NCBI GenBank assembly: GCA_965203805.1
Contig: OZ241917.1
Location: forward strand, 3,136,001 to 3,200,000
Direction of reading: 5' to 3'
From: Candidatus Latescibacterota bacterium
GTDB taxonomy: Bacteria; Latescibacterota; UBA2968; GCA-2709665
DNA length: 64,000 nucleotides
The notes under the pieces: model-generated
Database searches by the model: none
Seen by the model: the letters and a program-made list of their open reading frames with translations, nothing else
Told to the model about the DNA's origin: nothing
Made by a program: the position numbers and the translations under genes
In this document: one piece after another, positions 29,894 through 40,838 of the stretch
Numbering within the stretch: position 1 is the first letter of the stretch
How the letters are laid out: each line of letters starts with the position of its first letter

Positions 29894-31429
29894 TTACATC
29901 CAGAGATTCCGGTCGAGGCTGCGGTACTGAATGGCCTCACCGACGTGCTGAGGTTTGATTTCAGGCTCTTCTTCCAGGTCGGCGATGGTGCGGCTGACTT
30001 TCAGGATGCGGTCGTACGCGCGCGCGGAAAGGCCGAGTTTCGTGATGGCCATCTTGAGAAGTTCCTCGCCCTTGCCGTCGAGTCGGCAATATTCCCGGAT
30101 TTCCGCGGTGCCCATGTGCGCATTGCAGAACAGATGTTGTTTCTCGCTGAAGCGACGAAGTTGCACCGCTCGGGCCGCATTGACCCCTTCACGGATGGCA
30201 TCGGACGATTCTCCCCCGGCATCATCGGCAAGCTCAGTGTAGTCGACTCCGGGTACTTCAATGTGAATGTCGATCCTGTCGAGAAGCGGCCCGGAAATTC
30301 GGGCCATATACCGCTGGATGATGGGCGGGGAACACGTGCATTCGTTCCTGGGGTCGCCGAAATATCCGCAAGGGCACGGGTTCAGGGCGCAGGCCAACAT
30401 GAACTGGGCGGGATAGGTGAGAGAGACCATGGCGCGGGCAATGGTGACAAATCCGTCCTCGACCGGTTGGCGCAGGACTTCCAGAACGTGCTTTTTGAAT
30501 TCCGGCAGTTCGTCCAGGAAGAGAACGCCGTGGTGCGCCAGGGAGACTTCGCCCGGGCGCGGATGAGTTCCGCCGCCGATCAGGCCTGCGTCGGAAATGG
30601 TGTGGTGAGGGGAGCGAAAAGGCCGGATCGCCACCAGTGTGGTGTCCGCAGGCAGCAGTCCCGCCACGGAGTGGATTTTGGTGGCTTCGATCGCTTCATC
30701 CAGGGTCAGGTCGGGAAGGATGGTGGGCAGGCGGCGCGTGAGCATGGTTTTACCCGAGCCTGGCGGGCCGATCATGATGATGTTGTGGCCACCGCTGGCA
30801 GCCACCTCCAGCGCGCGTTTGGCGTGGACCTGGCCCCGGACGTCGCTGAAATCAATCCGGTAGTCCATGGCCTGGCTGAATATCCGGTCGACATCCACCT
30901 GGAGCGACGGCACCGCCCGATAGCCTTCCAGGAAGTCCAGTGTCTCCAACAGGTCCTCGACCGGATGGACGTCGATACCGCCCGCAATGGCGGCTTCGCG
31001 CGCATTTTCCCTGGGGAGAATCATGCCCTTGAGGCCTGCCTGACGGGCCTCCACCGCCATCGGCAGGACACCGCGGACGGGCCGGACGGCCCCATCGAGA
31101 GCGAGTTCGCCGAGAATCGCGTATTGGGAGAGGATTTCAGGCGAGATGTCACCCGCCGCGGCCAGAATCCCCACGGCAATGGGCAGGTCGAAGGCGGAGC
31201 CTTCCTTACGGATGTCCGCGGGCGCGAGATTGACGGTTACACGCCGAACGGGAAAGGGTCGACCGGTGTTCTTGATGGCGGCGGTCACCCGGTCCCGGCT
31301 TTCCTTGACGGCATTGTCCGGCAGACCCACCACGGAAAACGCGGGAAGCTGGTAGTCCAGGTCCGTCTCGATGCTTACGATATAGGCGTCAATGCCCTGG
31401 GTGGCGCAGCTCAACACGCGGGACATCAT
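29894..31429 (-). CDS. comM: ComM/YifB Mg-chelatase-like AAA+ ATPase
   Basis: VGLPD..VKESR.R, NLAPAD..KEG..FDLPIA, GPPGSGKT, PFRSPHH, LFLDE and ISGPLLDRID; GGAGG RBS. Confidence 0.9.
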   Translation of the reverse strand: MMSRVLSCATQGIDAYIVSIETDLDYQLPAFSVVGLPDNAVKESRDRVTAAIKNTGRPFPVRRVTVNLAPADIRKEGSAFDLPIAVGILAAAGDISPEILSQYAILGELALDGAVRPVRGVLPMAVEARQAGLKGMILPRENAREAAIAGGIDVHPVEDLLETLDFLEGYRAVPSLQVDVDRIFSQAMDYRIDFSDVRGQVHAKRALEVAASGGHNIIMIGPPGSGKTMLTRRLPTILPDLTLDEAIEATKIHSVAGLLPADTTLVAIRPFRSPHHTISDAGLIGGGTHPRPGEVSLAHHGVLFLDELPEFKKHVLEVLRQPVEDGFVTIARAMVSLTYPAQFMLACALNPCPCGYFGDPRNECTCSPPIIQRYMARISGPLLDRIDIHIEVPGVDYTELADDAGGESSDAIREGVNAARAVQLRRFSEKQHLFCNAHMGTAEIREYCRLDGKGEELLKMAITKLGLSARAYDRILKVSRTIADLEEEPEIKPQHVGEAIQYRSLDRNLWM

Positions 31430-31721
31430 ACGGGCCTCCCCGGAGATATTCAGGAACACGACTGAACTCCGCGGAAGCATATCGTCTGCAAGGAGTCCGG
31501 CGTTGACAAAACGAGTCCCCGACGGGCCCTCAGATTGCAACGGCCGTGCCAGAGATATGGGATATCCCTAACCTGCTGTCCGAAAGAGGGATGCGGCTGC
31601 CGGAAGGAAACGTGGAGGCGACGCCGGGAAAGGGATGTTCAATATTGGAGGGACGGATTGAACAATTCGTCGATGGACCTGCTGACGCCTGACAGTCCGG
31701 ATGGGATGTTTCAATGGACCG

Positions 31722-32900
31722 TTACAGGGGTTGGTCCGGATCGACGTCGGCAGCATAGTCGACCTCGGGAAGACCGAAGCCGAACAGTTTGAGGAATTCT
31801 TCGCGATAGTTCTGCAGACCCGCTATCGCTTCCAGGTTTTCGGTCGTTACGGATTCCCAAAGGGCTGCGACGCGCGACTGCACGTCGTCCCTGAGTTCGA
31901 GTTCATCGACGCGGATCCGACCTTCTTCGTCGGTGGGAACCGGCGATTCCGCATAGACGCGATCCTTCAGCAGCCGGTACATCTGTTGTATACAGCCTTC
32001 GTGAAGGTTCATTTCCGTCATGACCTTGTAAAGCGTGGAAATATAGAGCGGTACGACGGGAATAGCCGCGCTGGATTGGGTGACCACGGCCTTGTTTACC
32101 GAGACGTGAGCGCTTCCGTCTTTCTTTTTCAGCCGGTTGTCCAATTCCCTGGCCGTGGCTTCCAGGTGCGTTTTCGCTCTCCCGATGGTGCCCTCCCTGT
32201 ACAGCGGCCGGGTCAGCTCCGGGCCAATATATGTGAAGGCGACCGTTCGCACGCCCTCTGAAAGCACGTCGGCGGCTTCAAGTGCCCGAATCCACAGCTC
32301 CCAGTCTTCGCCTCCCATTACGGCCACGGTATTGTCGATCTCGTCTGCATTGGCCGCCTCGATGGCAACTTTCGAGACGACGCCCGTGCGGACGTCGACC
32401 GTTTTGCCCGTGTAGGGTTCGCCCACAGGTTTGAGTACGGAGGTGTGTTGCGTTCCTGTATGGGGGTGCGTGCGCCGCGGCGATGCCAGGCTGTATATCA
32501 CGAGGTCGACCTCTCCCAGGTCTTCCTTGATGGCGGAGATGGTCTGTTCCTTGATTTCATCGGAAAACGCGTCTCCGTTGATGCTCTTCGAATAATGACC
32601 CGCGTCTTTTGCGGCGCTTTCGAAGGCGACCGAATTGTACCATCCCGCCGAGGCCGTGCGATTCCGCAAGGCCGGCCTTTCAAAGAAAACACCCACGGTC
32701 CCGGCGCCTCCACCGAAGCAGGCGGCAATCCGGGAGGCCAGACCGTAACCGGTCGATGCGCCGACAACCAGGACGTTCCGGATGCCTTCCACGGGAGGCT
32801 GCTGCCTGACCCAGTCGATCTGTTCCTGGACATGCCGCGCGCATCCGACCGGGTGGGCGGTCGTGCAGATATAGCCTCGAATTCTGGGTTTGATGACCAT
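31722..32900 (-). CDS. fabV: Trans-2-enoyl-CoA/ACP reductase FabV
   Basis: IKPRIRGYICTTAHPVGC, GASTGYGLASRI, SINGDAFS, YSLASPRR and KAVVTQSS.AIP. Confidence 0.93.
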   Translation of the reverse strand: MVIKPRIRGYICTTAHPVGCARHVQEQIDWVRQQPPVEGIRNVLVVGASTGYGLASRIAACFGGGAGTVGVFFERPALRNRTASAGWYNSVAFESAAKDAGHYSKSINGDAFSDEIKEQTISAIKEDLGEVDLVIYSLASPRRTHPHTGTQHTSVLKPVGEPYTGKTVDVRTGVVSKVAIEAANADEIDNTVAVMGGEDWELWIRALEAADVLSEGVRTVAFTYIGPELTRPLYREGTIGRAKTHLEATARELDNRLKKKDGSAHVSVNKAVVTQSSAAIPVVPLYISTLYKVMTEMNLHEGCIQQMYRLLKDRVYAESPVPTDEEGRIRVDELELRDDVQSRVAALWESVTTENLEAIAGLQNYREEFLKLFGFGLPEVDYAADVDPDQPL

Positions 32901-32929
32901 GGAACCGTCCTCTTTCGCCTATCAGGTTT

Positions 32930-34330
32930 TTATGTGGCGGGTCTTGTCTCTGTCCAGGGCGCGATCGTCTCGAGGGCGGCCGAGGCGCGCAGCACGCCCG
33001 CGTCGTCGCGCCAGCGCCCGACAATCTGCAGTCCAACCGGCAGTCCGTCGCCTGCAAAGCCGACTGGTACGGTGGCCGCCGGCTGGCCCGTGACGTTGAA
33101 CGGATACGTGAAAGCCGTCCAGCCGAGATAGCTGGTGGGATGCCCCGCGATATCGCCGGGATGGTCGTTACCCGCGGTAAAGGCTGTGACGGGAAGCGTG
33201 GGGCTGAGAAACAAGTCGTAGGCTTCCATGAATTCACGCCAGCCGTGGTAGTAGTCGTTGCGACGCGCGTACGCGGTTGCCAGCTCGGCGCCGGAGACGC
33301 CCCGGCCTCCATCGATCACGGCGACGAGGCCGGCGTCCAGAAGGTCGCGGACTTCGTTCAGGTTGTCCTTGAATACCCCGGCGAACGAGGCGGCCCAGAT
33401 CGTGTCGGCGAGATCCCAGGGGTCGGGCAGACCGGGATGGGCCTCTTCGACGTGACAGCCCAGTTCCTGAAACCGGGCCGCCGCCGCCGCCGCGACCCTT
33501 TGGACGTCGGGGTCGATCCGGGCGTACCCGAGGTCGGGAGACCATGCAATGCGCAGGCCGTCGATATCGCCCTCCATTTCGCTGAGATAATCGGTCGTAT
33601 CCGGCAGCGACAGGCGGTCCATGGGGTGGGCGCCGGCCATGGCCGTGAGCATCATCGCGGCATCCTTCACCGTCCGGGCAATTGGACCCGCGTGGGAGAG
33701 CAATTCGACCACACTGGCAGGGTATTGTGGAACACGGCCCCAGGACGGTTTGAGACCGTAAAGGCCGCAAAAGCCGCACGGGATGCGGATTGAGCCGGCG
33801 CCGTCCGTTCCCTGTGCGATCGGACCCAACCCCAGTGCGACGGCTGCCGCCGCGCCGCCGCTGGACCCGCCAGCCGTACGGCCGTACTTCCAGGGATTGT
33901 GCGCCGGACCGTTCACGCGGTTTCCGGAGTCTCCCTTCCAGCCCAGTTCGGGAGTGGTGGTCTTGCCAAGAAGGACCATCCCGGCATCGTCGAGGCGTTC
34001 CGCAAGCGGCGCATCGTAATCCGGCACCCAGTTCCTGTAGAGCAGGGACCCCCGCGCGGTGAGGATACCCTTCGTGGGGGTGAGATCCTTGAGCGATCCG
34101 GGGATGCCGGCCAGCGTCCCGGCGTTTCCCGCCATATATGCGCGTTCGGCGCGAATTGCCTGTTCGAGGGCGTGTTCGTGAGTAACGGTGACGTAGGGAT
34201 TGTAGACGGGATTGAGCCGTTCAATCCGGCGCAGCAGCGCTTTCGTGACTTCGACGGGCGAAAGCTCCCGCTTCAGATACAGATTGCGCAGTTCGTACGC
34301 TGAAAGATAGCAGAGATCGTCTGATGTCAT
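32930..34330 (-). CDS. Amidase signature family protein
   Basis: GIP.SLKDL, TAGGSSGGAAAAVA and GTDGAGSIRIP. Confidence 0.9.
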   Translation of the reverse strand: MTSDDLCYLSAYELRNLYLKRELSPVEVTKALLRRIERLNPVYNPYVTVTHEHALEQAIRAERAYMAGNAGTLAGIPGSLKDLTPTKGILTARGSLLYRNWVPDYDAPLAERLDDAGMVLLGKTTTPELGWKGDSGNRVNGPAHNPWKYGRTAGGSSGGAAAAVALGLGPIAQGTDGAGSIRIPCGFCGLYGLKPSWGRVPQYPASVVELLSHAGPIARTVKDAAMMLTAMAGAHPMDRLSLPDTTDYLSEMEGDIDGLRIAWSPDLGYARIDPDVQRVAAAAAARFQELGCHVEEAHPGLPDPWDLADTIWAASFAGVFKDNLNEVRDLLDAGLVAVIDGGRGVSGAELATAYARRNDYYHGWREFMEAYDLFLSPTLPVTAFTAGNDHPGDIAGHPTSYLGWTAFTYPFNVTGQPAATVPVGFAGDGLPVGLQIVGRWRDDAGVLRASAALETIAPWTETRPAT

Positions 34331-34956
34331 CCCGCCGCTCCGGGTTCTCTAAAACGCGGATCCGGGGTTGCCGGCGTTGGAGAGAAGAGGTCTCCCGCAA
34401 GCGCAAGCAATTGCGCGACCAGGCGGTACGAAATGCCCCAGAGGACACGCCCGCCGGGACCCGGCAGATCGATGGTGGAAAAGAGGCGTTCCGCGTTGTC
34501 GATCCGGAAGCTGCGCCTATGGTGTCGTCTGGCGTCGGCGAGTTCGCCAAGTCCGACCCAGAAAGCCTCTTTCACTTCGTCGTTCGGATGAAGCCGGCCC
34601 GTGGATCCGACGCAGTAGACGAAACCCGACACGAGGACGGGGAGGGTGGCGCCGGTGACGTCGTCCAGGCGTCCGAGGTACTCGGCGCGCCCGAGATCCA
34701 GGCCGACTTCCTCTCGCGTCTCGCGCTCGGCGGCAAGGCGCGTGCTCGCGTCGAGGCGGTCGACCCTCCCGCCGGGGAACGCGACGTGGCCCGACCACGG
34801 ATCGTCATCGCGCTGCGACCGCTCGATAAAGAGAAGCTGAACCGCTTCCTCCTGTTGATGCAGTACCATTGCGACGGCGGCGCGGATCCCGTCTCGTGAG
34901 GCCAGACACGGCTTGTATCCAGCCAGAACCCGGCGGATGTCCGCGATCGAAGTCAT
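34327..34956 (-). CDS. Nudix hydrolase, CoA pyrophosphatase-like
   Basis: AAV, WSGHVAFPGG, AA.RET.EEVG and LWG. Confidence 0.85.
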   Translation of the reverse strand: MTSIADIRRVLAGYKPCLASRDGIRAAVAMVLHQQEEAVQLLFIERSQRDDDPWSGHVAFPGGRVDRLDASTRLAAERETREEVGLDLGRAEYLGRLDDVTGATLPVLVSGFVYCVGSTGRLHPNDEVKEAFWVGLGELADARRHHRRSFRIDNAERLFSTIDLPGPGGRVLWGISYRLVAQLLALAGDLFSPTPATPDPRFREPGAAG

Positions 34957-35387
34957 GAGGGTCTGGACTTTCGATATTGGTGGTATATCAGAAATCCAAG
35001 GCCGAAGCCCGCGTTGATCAGCACCGGGATGCGGTATATACTGACCACGTCGTACCTGAACACGGCGCCCGATGCGCCCGCGGAGACGATCAGAAACGAC
35101 AGGACGATCAGGGGTTTGCAGATTGCCGGCGGCACAAACGCCGCCGTTACGATAGCCATGAGCGCCGAATGGAAGATAAAGAACCCGGCGTAGCCGTTTC
35201 GGACCGCCATCGCGAACTGCCAGTCGTACCGGTATGCCCAGACCAGGTAGACGTGGGCGACGGCAACCAGCGCAACTAGGGCGATGGCCGGGCGGCTGCA
35301 GGCGCCTTTGGCGACGAGTGCCAGGTTCGCCGAAAGGCCGAGATACCCGAGAAAAGCGAGCAGAAACGTGAAGTTTTCAAGCGTCAA
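34953..35387 (-). CDS. Hypothetical integral membrane protein
   Basis: About five hydrophobic helices; stop overlaps the Nudix start. Confidence 0.6.
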   Translation of the reverse strand: MTLENFTFLLAFLGYLGLSANLALVAKGACSRPAIALVALVAVAHVYLVWAYRYDWQFAMAVRNGYAGFFIFHSALMAIVTAAFVPPAICKPLIVLSFLIVSAGASGAVFRYDVVSIYRIPVLINAGFGLGFLIYHQYRKSRPS

Positions 35388-35617
35388 GATGAGGCCTGTG
35401 CCGGCAACGGTGAATCAGGGCGCAGGTATCCGTACCGGTGGAGAGCGGACCGGCAGGGTGCGCTGAAACCGTGAAAGGATATTGTACACCGGGGCGGGTT
35501 GGCCGGGGGTGCGGGAAGGCCGTCAGGAATTTTGAAACGGCTTCTCAGGGAATGGGATAGAATCCGGGGGCGCGCCGGCGCGGTGAGATTTCCCGCCGGT
35601 TCTCTCGCTTTGTGCCG

Positions 35618-36832
35618 TTATTCTCCGGTATCAACCGGGTTCTTGATCCGGTCGATCTTGTCCTCGCAGTACTTTTTGAATTTTCGATCTCTCAGACCCC
35701 TCTGGTAGGCCCGTATCGCTTTGTCCTTCCAGCCCTGCGGCCGCCACGCGTCGTATACATCGCCGATAATGACGTACGCCGGCACGCCGAACGTTCTGCT
35801 CGACGTGGCTCTCCGGGCGTTGTTCAGCGCATTCTGGTACTGTTTGAGTTCGAAATAGGCGTCCGCCGCCCGGTACTGGGCTTCGCTGTCTCTGGAATTC
35901 AGCGCGAGCGCCTGTCGATAGGCCGAGACCGCACTCTGGTAGTTCTTCCCCAACGCGTGGGAATATCCCAGCGCCGTGTAGATTCTGACCTTGTCTCTAT
36001 TGGTGGGCGCCACCGCAACGGCTTTTCTCAGCGTAGCGACGGCCCTCGAATGTTGTTTTGTTCGGTTGTATACGACCGCGAGGCTGCGATAGGCGTTGAT
36101 GTTCTTCCCGTCCTTGCAGTTCGGATCGCTGTCGATCGCCCGATTGTAACTCCGGATTGCCCGGCTGTTTCTCTTGGTAACCCGATACAGGTCGCCAAGC
36201 TGTCTATGGGCCTTGGCGTATTGGGGGTTGAGCTCGACGGCCGTACCAAAGGCATTCTCCGCCTGTTTGTATTTTCGGGCTTGTCTGGCGGCCAGGCCGA
36301 GATTGTAGTAATTGGTGGCGTCCGTCGGATCGAGCTGCGTGGCGTTTTCGTACTCCTCGATGGCCTTCCTGTAGTTCTTGCGGATGAGGAACGCCCTGCC
36401 CTGCCGCGCATAGGCCGCTTTCAGGAGTTGCCGGGCGCGGCCGTCCTCAAAATTGCCGTCTAGGTTCAGGACCGCCTTAAACGCCGCCTGCGCTTCCTTG
36501 TATTTTTTCAGGTTGTAATAAAGGTTGCCCAATTCATAATGCGCTTCTACGTAGTCCGGCTTTACCGAAGTCGCCATCCTGAAGTTGCTGATGGCCTTGT
36601 CGGTATCCTTCAGCTTCTGGTAGGTCTTGGCGATGCCGCGATAGGCCTGGGCGTTGTTGCCGTCGAGTTTGACCGCATCTTCGAATGCCTGGAGCGCCTG
36701 CTGATATCGCCTTTTTTCGAAGAGGGCCTGACCGGCGTTGTATTTTTCCGCCGATTCGGGAGCCACCTGGGCCCATGCCGGCTGACAGAATAGAAGACAC
36801 AGAAGCAGGGGTAACGACTGTCGACAACGCAT
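35618..36832 (-). CDS. Exported TPR repeat protein
   Basis: Signal peptide ending AWA; many TPR units (AHYELGNLY, NYYNLGLA, AHRQLGDLY). Confidence 0.85.
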   Translation of the reverse strand: MRCRQSLPLLLCLLFCQPAWAQVAPESAEKYNAGQALFEKRRYQQALQAFEDAVKLDGNNAQAYRGIAKTYQKLKDTDKAISNFRMATSVKPDYVEAHYELGNLYYNLKKYKEAQAAFKAVLNLDGNFEDGRARQLLKAAYARQGRAFLIRKNYRKAIEEYENATQLDPTDATNYYNLGLAARQARKYKQAENAFGTAVELNPQYAKAHRQLGDLYRVTKRNSRAIRSYNRAIDSDPNCKDGKNINAYRSLAVVYNRTKQHSRAVATLRKAVAVAPTNRDKVRIYTALGYSHALGKNYQSAVSAYRQALALNSRDSEAQYRAADAYFELKQYQNALNNARRATSSRTFGVPAYVIIGDVYDAWRPQGWKDKAIRAYQRGLRDRKFKKYCEDKIDRIKNPVDTGE

Positions 36833-37186
36833 ATCCGGTGATCCTCTCGATAGTGCTGGTTAACGTGAAAGCGAATTGCAGACCGATAATATTGCCAATT
36901 TCAATGTTGATGTCAACCGCTTTGGACATGCGGAAAGGCCACCACCGGTTGTGTGATGGCCTCCGCGGAACTGAAACGTAATGGCTCGGGTCTAACTTTG
37001 ATTCGCAATTTTTCGGTAACGTTAAATCGAATAAATGCAAGTTAATAAAGGCGATTAAACGTCTGATTTCCAAGATACTTCAGGTCACTGGACGTGAAAC
37101 AAAAAAATGTCCATTTCGACGAACTTTTCGGCCCAATTCGGAAGGTTTCGTCGCGTCGCCGAGATGCTGCTTTTGTCGAATTGAGG

Positions 37187-37858
37187 CTAATCGTGCAGCT
37201 TGAATCGGATGCGTTGGGTCATCCAGACGTTTACGGGTTTATCGTTCTGGATGGCCGGCTTGAAAACGAACTGTCTGACCGCATCGATGGCCGCCTGCCT
37301 GAATATCTCCTGGCCCTTCAATACCGAGACCCTGTCCGTGCGCCCGTCTTTGCGCACCATAAACTTGACGAATACATTGCCTTCCAACCCTGCTTTTCGC
37401 GCTATTTCGGGGTATTTGGGGCTGACCGCCCTGATCTGCACAGGCTTCTCCTCCACGCTCCAGAACTCCATCACTTCTTCTTCCATCGGTGCTTCGGTAG
37501 CGCCCGGCGGCGGGGGCGGCAGGTCGACCGGGGCCTGATCCAGGTCGAGGTCGGTCGTTTCGATGGTTACATCGTCCGGCACGTCTTCGCTCTCGGTTTC
37601 GATCGGCATGGCCGGCCGCGGGGGCGGCGGCGGGCGCTGAATCTGCCGTGTCTCCGGAATTTCTTCCATCTGGATGATGATCTGGTCTTTCTTCCCCGCC
37701 GAGGCCCGTATATCGAACGTGGGGAAAAGGATAGCCATAAAAAGGTGCAGCGCGCAGGAAATGCCGACAGACGTCCAGAAGACTTTCGGATAACGCCGTC
37801 TGAGGTCGTGCTCCGGGTATTTCCGACGGACGATGTCCTTTCCTTTGATATAGGCCAT
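37187..37858 (-). CDS. tonB: TonB energy transducer
   Basis: TM anchor, proline-rich linker, YPEIARKAGLEGNVFVKF; downstream of exbB-exbD-exbD. Confidence 0.88.
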   Translation of the reverse strand: MAYIKGKDIVRRKYPEHDLRRRYPKVFWTSVGISCALHLFMAILFPTFDIRASAGKKDQIIIQMEEIPETRQIQRPPPPPRPAMPIETESEDVPDDVTIETTDLDLDQAPVDLPPPPPGATEAPMEEEVMEFWSVEEKPVQIRAVSPKYPEIARKAGLEGNVFVKFMVRKDGRTDRVSVLKGQEIFRQAAIDAVRQFVFKPAIQNDKPVNVWMTQRIRFKLHD

Positions 37859-37863
37859 ATGGG

Positions 37864-38274
37864 TTACCTCTCCCGATCCGTGGCAAAGTTGACGCGCAGC
37901 GCGTCGGCCTTGCGAAGTTCCTCGATCACTTCGGAAACCAGCCCGTAGGGCGCCCGTGTATCGCACTTCAGGGAAACGATGAGACGCGGGTTCTGCACCC
38001 GGCGTTCGTAGAAAATGGGCGCAACCTGGTTTACCTGGGCGATTTTGTCGTCGATATAGACCTTCCGGTCCGCGGAGATCCAGACGTAGGACACGTGCCG
38101 GCGCGTCTTGATTTCCTCGACCTTTTCAGCCCTGGGCAGCACGATACCGGTGACCCGATAGCGGACGAAAACCGTCGTGACCATGAAAAAGATCAGCAGG
38201 AGAAAGGCGATATCTGCCATTGAACCGGTCGGAATGGACGAATGCACCCCGGATTTTTTCGAAAAATCAGCCAT
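37864..38274 (-). CDS. exbD: ExbD/TolR biopolymer transport protein
   Basis: SMADIAFLLLIFFMVTT; K.D...PYG. Confidence 0.88.
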   Translation of the reverse strand: MADFSKKSGVHSSIPTGSMADIAFLLLIFFMVTTVFVRYRVTGIVLPRAEKVEEIKTRRHVSYVWISADRKVYIDDKIAQVNQVAPIFYERRVQNPRLIVSLKCDTRAPYGLVSEVIEELRKADALRVNFATDRER

Positions 38275-38302
38275 GCTGAAGGTCTCCTGTTGCCGGACGG
38301 GC

Positions 38303-38719
38303 CTACTTTTCCGGGGATGCTAGAGAGATCCGCGTTGCGCCGGAGAGCTTGATCTCATCCAGAACGTCTATGAACGCGTTATAGGGCGTTTCCTCGTCGG
38401 CCTTGAGTGAAACGATCAGCTTGTCGTTTTCGCTCAGGCGCCGCTCGATGTCGGCGCGCAGCTGGCTCAGCGGCATTTCCTGTTCCAGGTTGATAAGGAT
38501 ATCCCCGGCGGCATTCACCCAGACGTTGCAAATATTCTTCTTCTGGATCTTCTTGTTTTCTCCGGCGGGCGGAAGCTGCATCCCGATGCCCTTGTCCTGG
38601 TTCATTGTGGTGGTCACCAGGAAGAAGACGATCAGCAGAAACGCAATGTCCGCCATGGACGAAGTCGGTATATCGGGATTGGATTTGTTCCGCCGTGCCA
38701 GAACTGGCTTGTTTGCCAT
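38303..38719 (-). CDS. exbD: ExbD/TolR biopolymer transport protein (second copy)
   Basis: SMADIAFLLIVFFLVTT; KAD..TPY. Confidence 0.88.
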   Translation of the reverse strand: MANKPVLARRNKSNPDIPTSSMADIAFLLIVFFLVTTTMNQDKGIGMQLPPAGENKKIQKKNICNVWVNAAGDILINLEQEMPLSQLRADIERRLSENDKLIVSLKADEETPYNAFIDVLDEIKLSGATRISLASPEK

Positions 38720-38722
38720 AGC

Positions 38723-39349
38723 TTATTCTCCCGCGGGCGTGTCGTAGCCGGCCTGGATCAGTTCGTCGATGAACTGAGAGGAGCTTTCCTGCATATCGAT
38801 GATGATTTTATCGATCTTGGAGACGAACAGGTTGTGAAGCGCCTGAATCGGAATGGCGATAACCAGGCCGGAGGCGGTGGTGATGAGCGCCTCGGAAATA
38901 CCGGCCGCCACGATACTCGGCTCGACGTCGCCGGCCTTTGCGATGGCGTCGAAGGCGCTGATCATACCGCTCACGGTCCCGAGGAACCCGAGCAGCGGGG
39001 CGATATTGGCCACGGTGGACAGCCATACCATGCCTTTTTCCAGAAAGGCCATTTCGATGGCGCCAGACTCTTCGATGGCCTTTTCGACGTGTTCGATCCC
39101 TCGATCGAGACGAAGAAGGCCCGCATGGAGGACCGAAGCAACCGGGCCTCGATGGCTCGCGCAGACTTCGGCGACGCCTTCCGGCCCCCGTTGTTTGAGC
39201 GCTTCCTGAACCGCGGTGAAGAATTCCCGGGTATCAATTGAAGACCGCCACAGCGACCAGAAACGTTCGATACTAACCGCGATACCGAAAAGCAACATCA
39301 GCAGTAGCGGGTGCATAAAGGGCCCGCCGTTGACGTAAAGTTCAACCAT
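38723..39349 (-). CDS. exbB: ExbB/TolQ/MotA proton channel protein
   Basis: APLLGFLGTV.GMI.AF and GISEALITTA.GL.IAIP. Confidence 0.88.
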   Translation of the reverse strand: MVELYVNGGPFMHPLLLMLLFGIAVSIERFWSLWRSSIDTREFFTAVQEALKQRGPEGVAEVCASHRGPVASVLHAGLLRLDRGIEHVEKAIEESGAIEMAFLEKGMVWLSTVANIAPLLGFLGTVSGMISAFDAIAKAGDVEPSIVAAGISEALITTASGLVIAIPIQALHNLFVSKIDKIIIDMQESSSQFIDELIQAGYDTPAGE

Positions 39350-39535
39350 GCTTCAATCCCCCAGTTGACGATGTGAATGTTCGCTGCGGTGGAATAATGC
39401 GCGCCTGATGCGCAGGCCGCCGACAAACGTCCGGGACTCCGCTTTGGATTCCGGACCGTCCGCAAGCCTCGACGTTCGGAATTTTACAGCGACGAAAAAC
39501 CGAACGTCCGTGGCATATCCAGAGACCGGCAAACC

Positions 39536-40738
39536 TTATTTTTTGCCTTCGATATCGACCTCCTCCTCTTTCTTCTTCTTGAAGAATTCAATTTTCTTTT
39601 TCTCCTCCTCGGACATGGGAGGGTCGATTTCGTCGATCATCCGCTTGGCGTTTCCTGCCCAGAGTGGATCCTTACCGGCCTTCTTGAACCATCTCAGCGC
39701 GCTGACGGAATCCCGGGCGGCATTGGACTTCTTCCACCTTTTGTAATGGTATTCTCCCCGCATGTAGTTGAATTTTCCATTTCCCGGATCCAGTCTGAGC
39801 CCTCTGTCCACCAGGCCGATATCGCCGGTCATGTCGGCCAGTTGCTCGACGACGCTGAGGTTGTCGGGCTGAATCCTGATCATCTTTCTCAGCAGGCCGA
39901 TCTGAAACCGCCTGGATTTTCCGAGCTGTTTACCCAGTGTGAGCAGCTGGTCCAGATAGAGAAAATCCTCCGGGTTGTGGGCGTGGAGTTTCTCGTATGC
40001 GCTGAACGCCTTCCGGTCCATGCCCAGCCGGCTGTACATCCTGGCGAGATTGTCCAGAGTCGCATAATCTTCCGGGTTCAATTCAAGAAGCCGTTCCATC
40101 TCTTTCAGGGCTTCGTCTTCGTCGCCCATATGCAGGGTGAGTTTTGCGATCGCATCCTGGACGTCGGGGTTATTCGGCTCCAGTTCGCCCCAGCTGCGGG
40201 TGTGCTTCAGCGCCGATTCGTAATCCTCGATTTCTATATTCAGAGCGACCAGTTCATGCAGGTACTGGATCTGCTGCTCGGGTTTCCTGGCAATTGCGAG
40301 AAGCTTTTCGTAAACTTCGATTGCCTCCTCGAGCATTTGTTCCTGTTTGTAAAGCTGGCCAAGGTAATATAAGGAGTTTCGCGCATTGGGACCCGATGGA
40401 TTCAGCTCGATCGCTTTCTTGAACCAGTCGATGGCGTCCCGGGGTTTTTCCGTCTCATTGTACAGCTTGCCCAGATAGTACGCGGTCTGGGCGTTCCGGG
40501 AATTGAAGTCCCAGGATTTCGTCAGCTGCAGGAGCGCGTCTTCGTATTGTTTGTTATCCAGATATCGCTTGCCGAAATAAACGTGTTTCCTCGACATCGC
40601 ACTGGAGTCGACGGGCGCCTCTCGCGGCTTCTGATCATCCTTCTTCGACTTTCTTCTGGCATCGGCCGGCGAAAACAGACCCAGGATCAGGAAGCCGCAG
40701 AGAAAAATGGTGACGCCGTCCGCAAGCCTGAATTTCAT
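39536..40738 (-). CDS. Exported TPR repeat protein
   Basis: GAGGAG RBS, signal peptide and TPR units (AYYLGKLY, LYYLGQLY). Confidence 0.8.
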   Translation of the reverse strand: MKFRLADGVTIFLCGFLILGLFSPADARRKSKKDDQKPREAPVDSSAMSRKHVYFGKRYLDNKQYEDALLQLTKSWDFNSRNAQTAYYLGKLYNETEKPRDAIDWFKKAIELNPSGPNARNSLYYLGQLYKQEQMLEEAIEVYEKLLAIARKPEQQIQYLHELVALNIEIEDYESALKHTRSWGELEPNNPDVQDAIAKLTLHMGDEDEALKEMERLLELNPEDYATLDNLARMYSRLGMDRKAFSAYEKLHAHNPEDFLYLDQLLTLGKQLGKSRRFQIGLLRKMIRIQPDNLSVVEQLADMTGDIGLVDRGLRLDPGNGKFNYMRGEYHYKRWKKSNAARDSVSALRWFKKAGKDPLWAGNAKRMIDEIDPPMSEEEKKKIEFFKKKKEEEVDIEGKK

Positions 40739-40838
40739 GACATTCACTCCTCGGCGGGACAACCGCACACTTCCGCCGATTCCACGTAAATCGCTGGCAT
40801 CAAGACGTATAGACAACTGTAGCACTTAGAAACATAGA

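Noticed and set aside
29765-31465. 566-aa + strand ORF, and similar long ORFs at 26666-28069, 41565-43052, 55736-56989 and 60141-61736
   Set aside because: Antisense shadows of well-supported genes, expected in GC-rich DNA; no recognisable motifs
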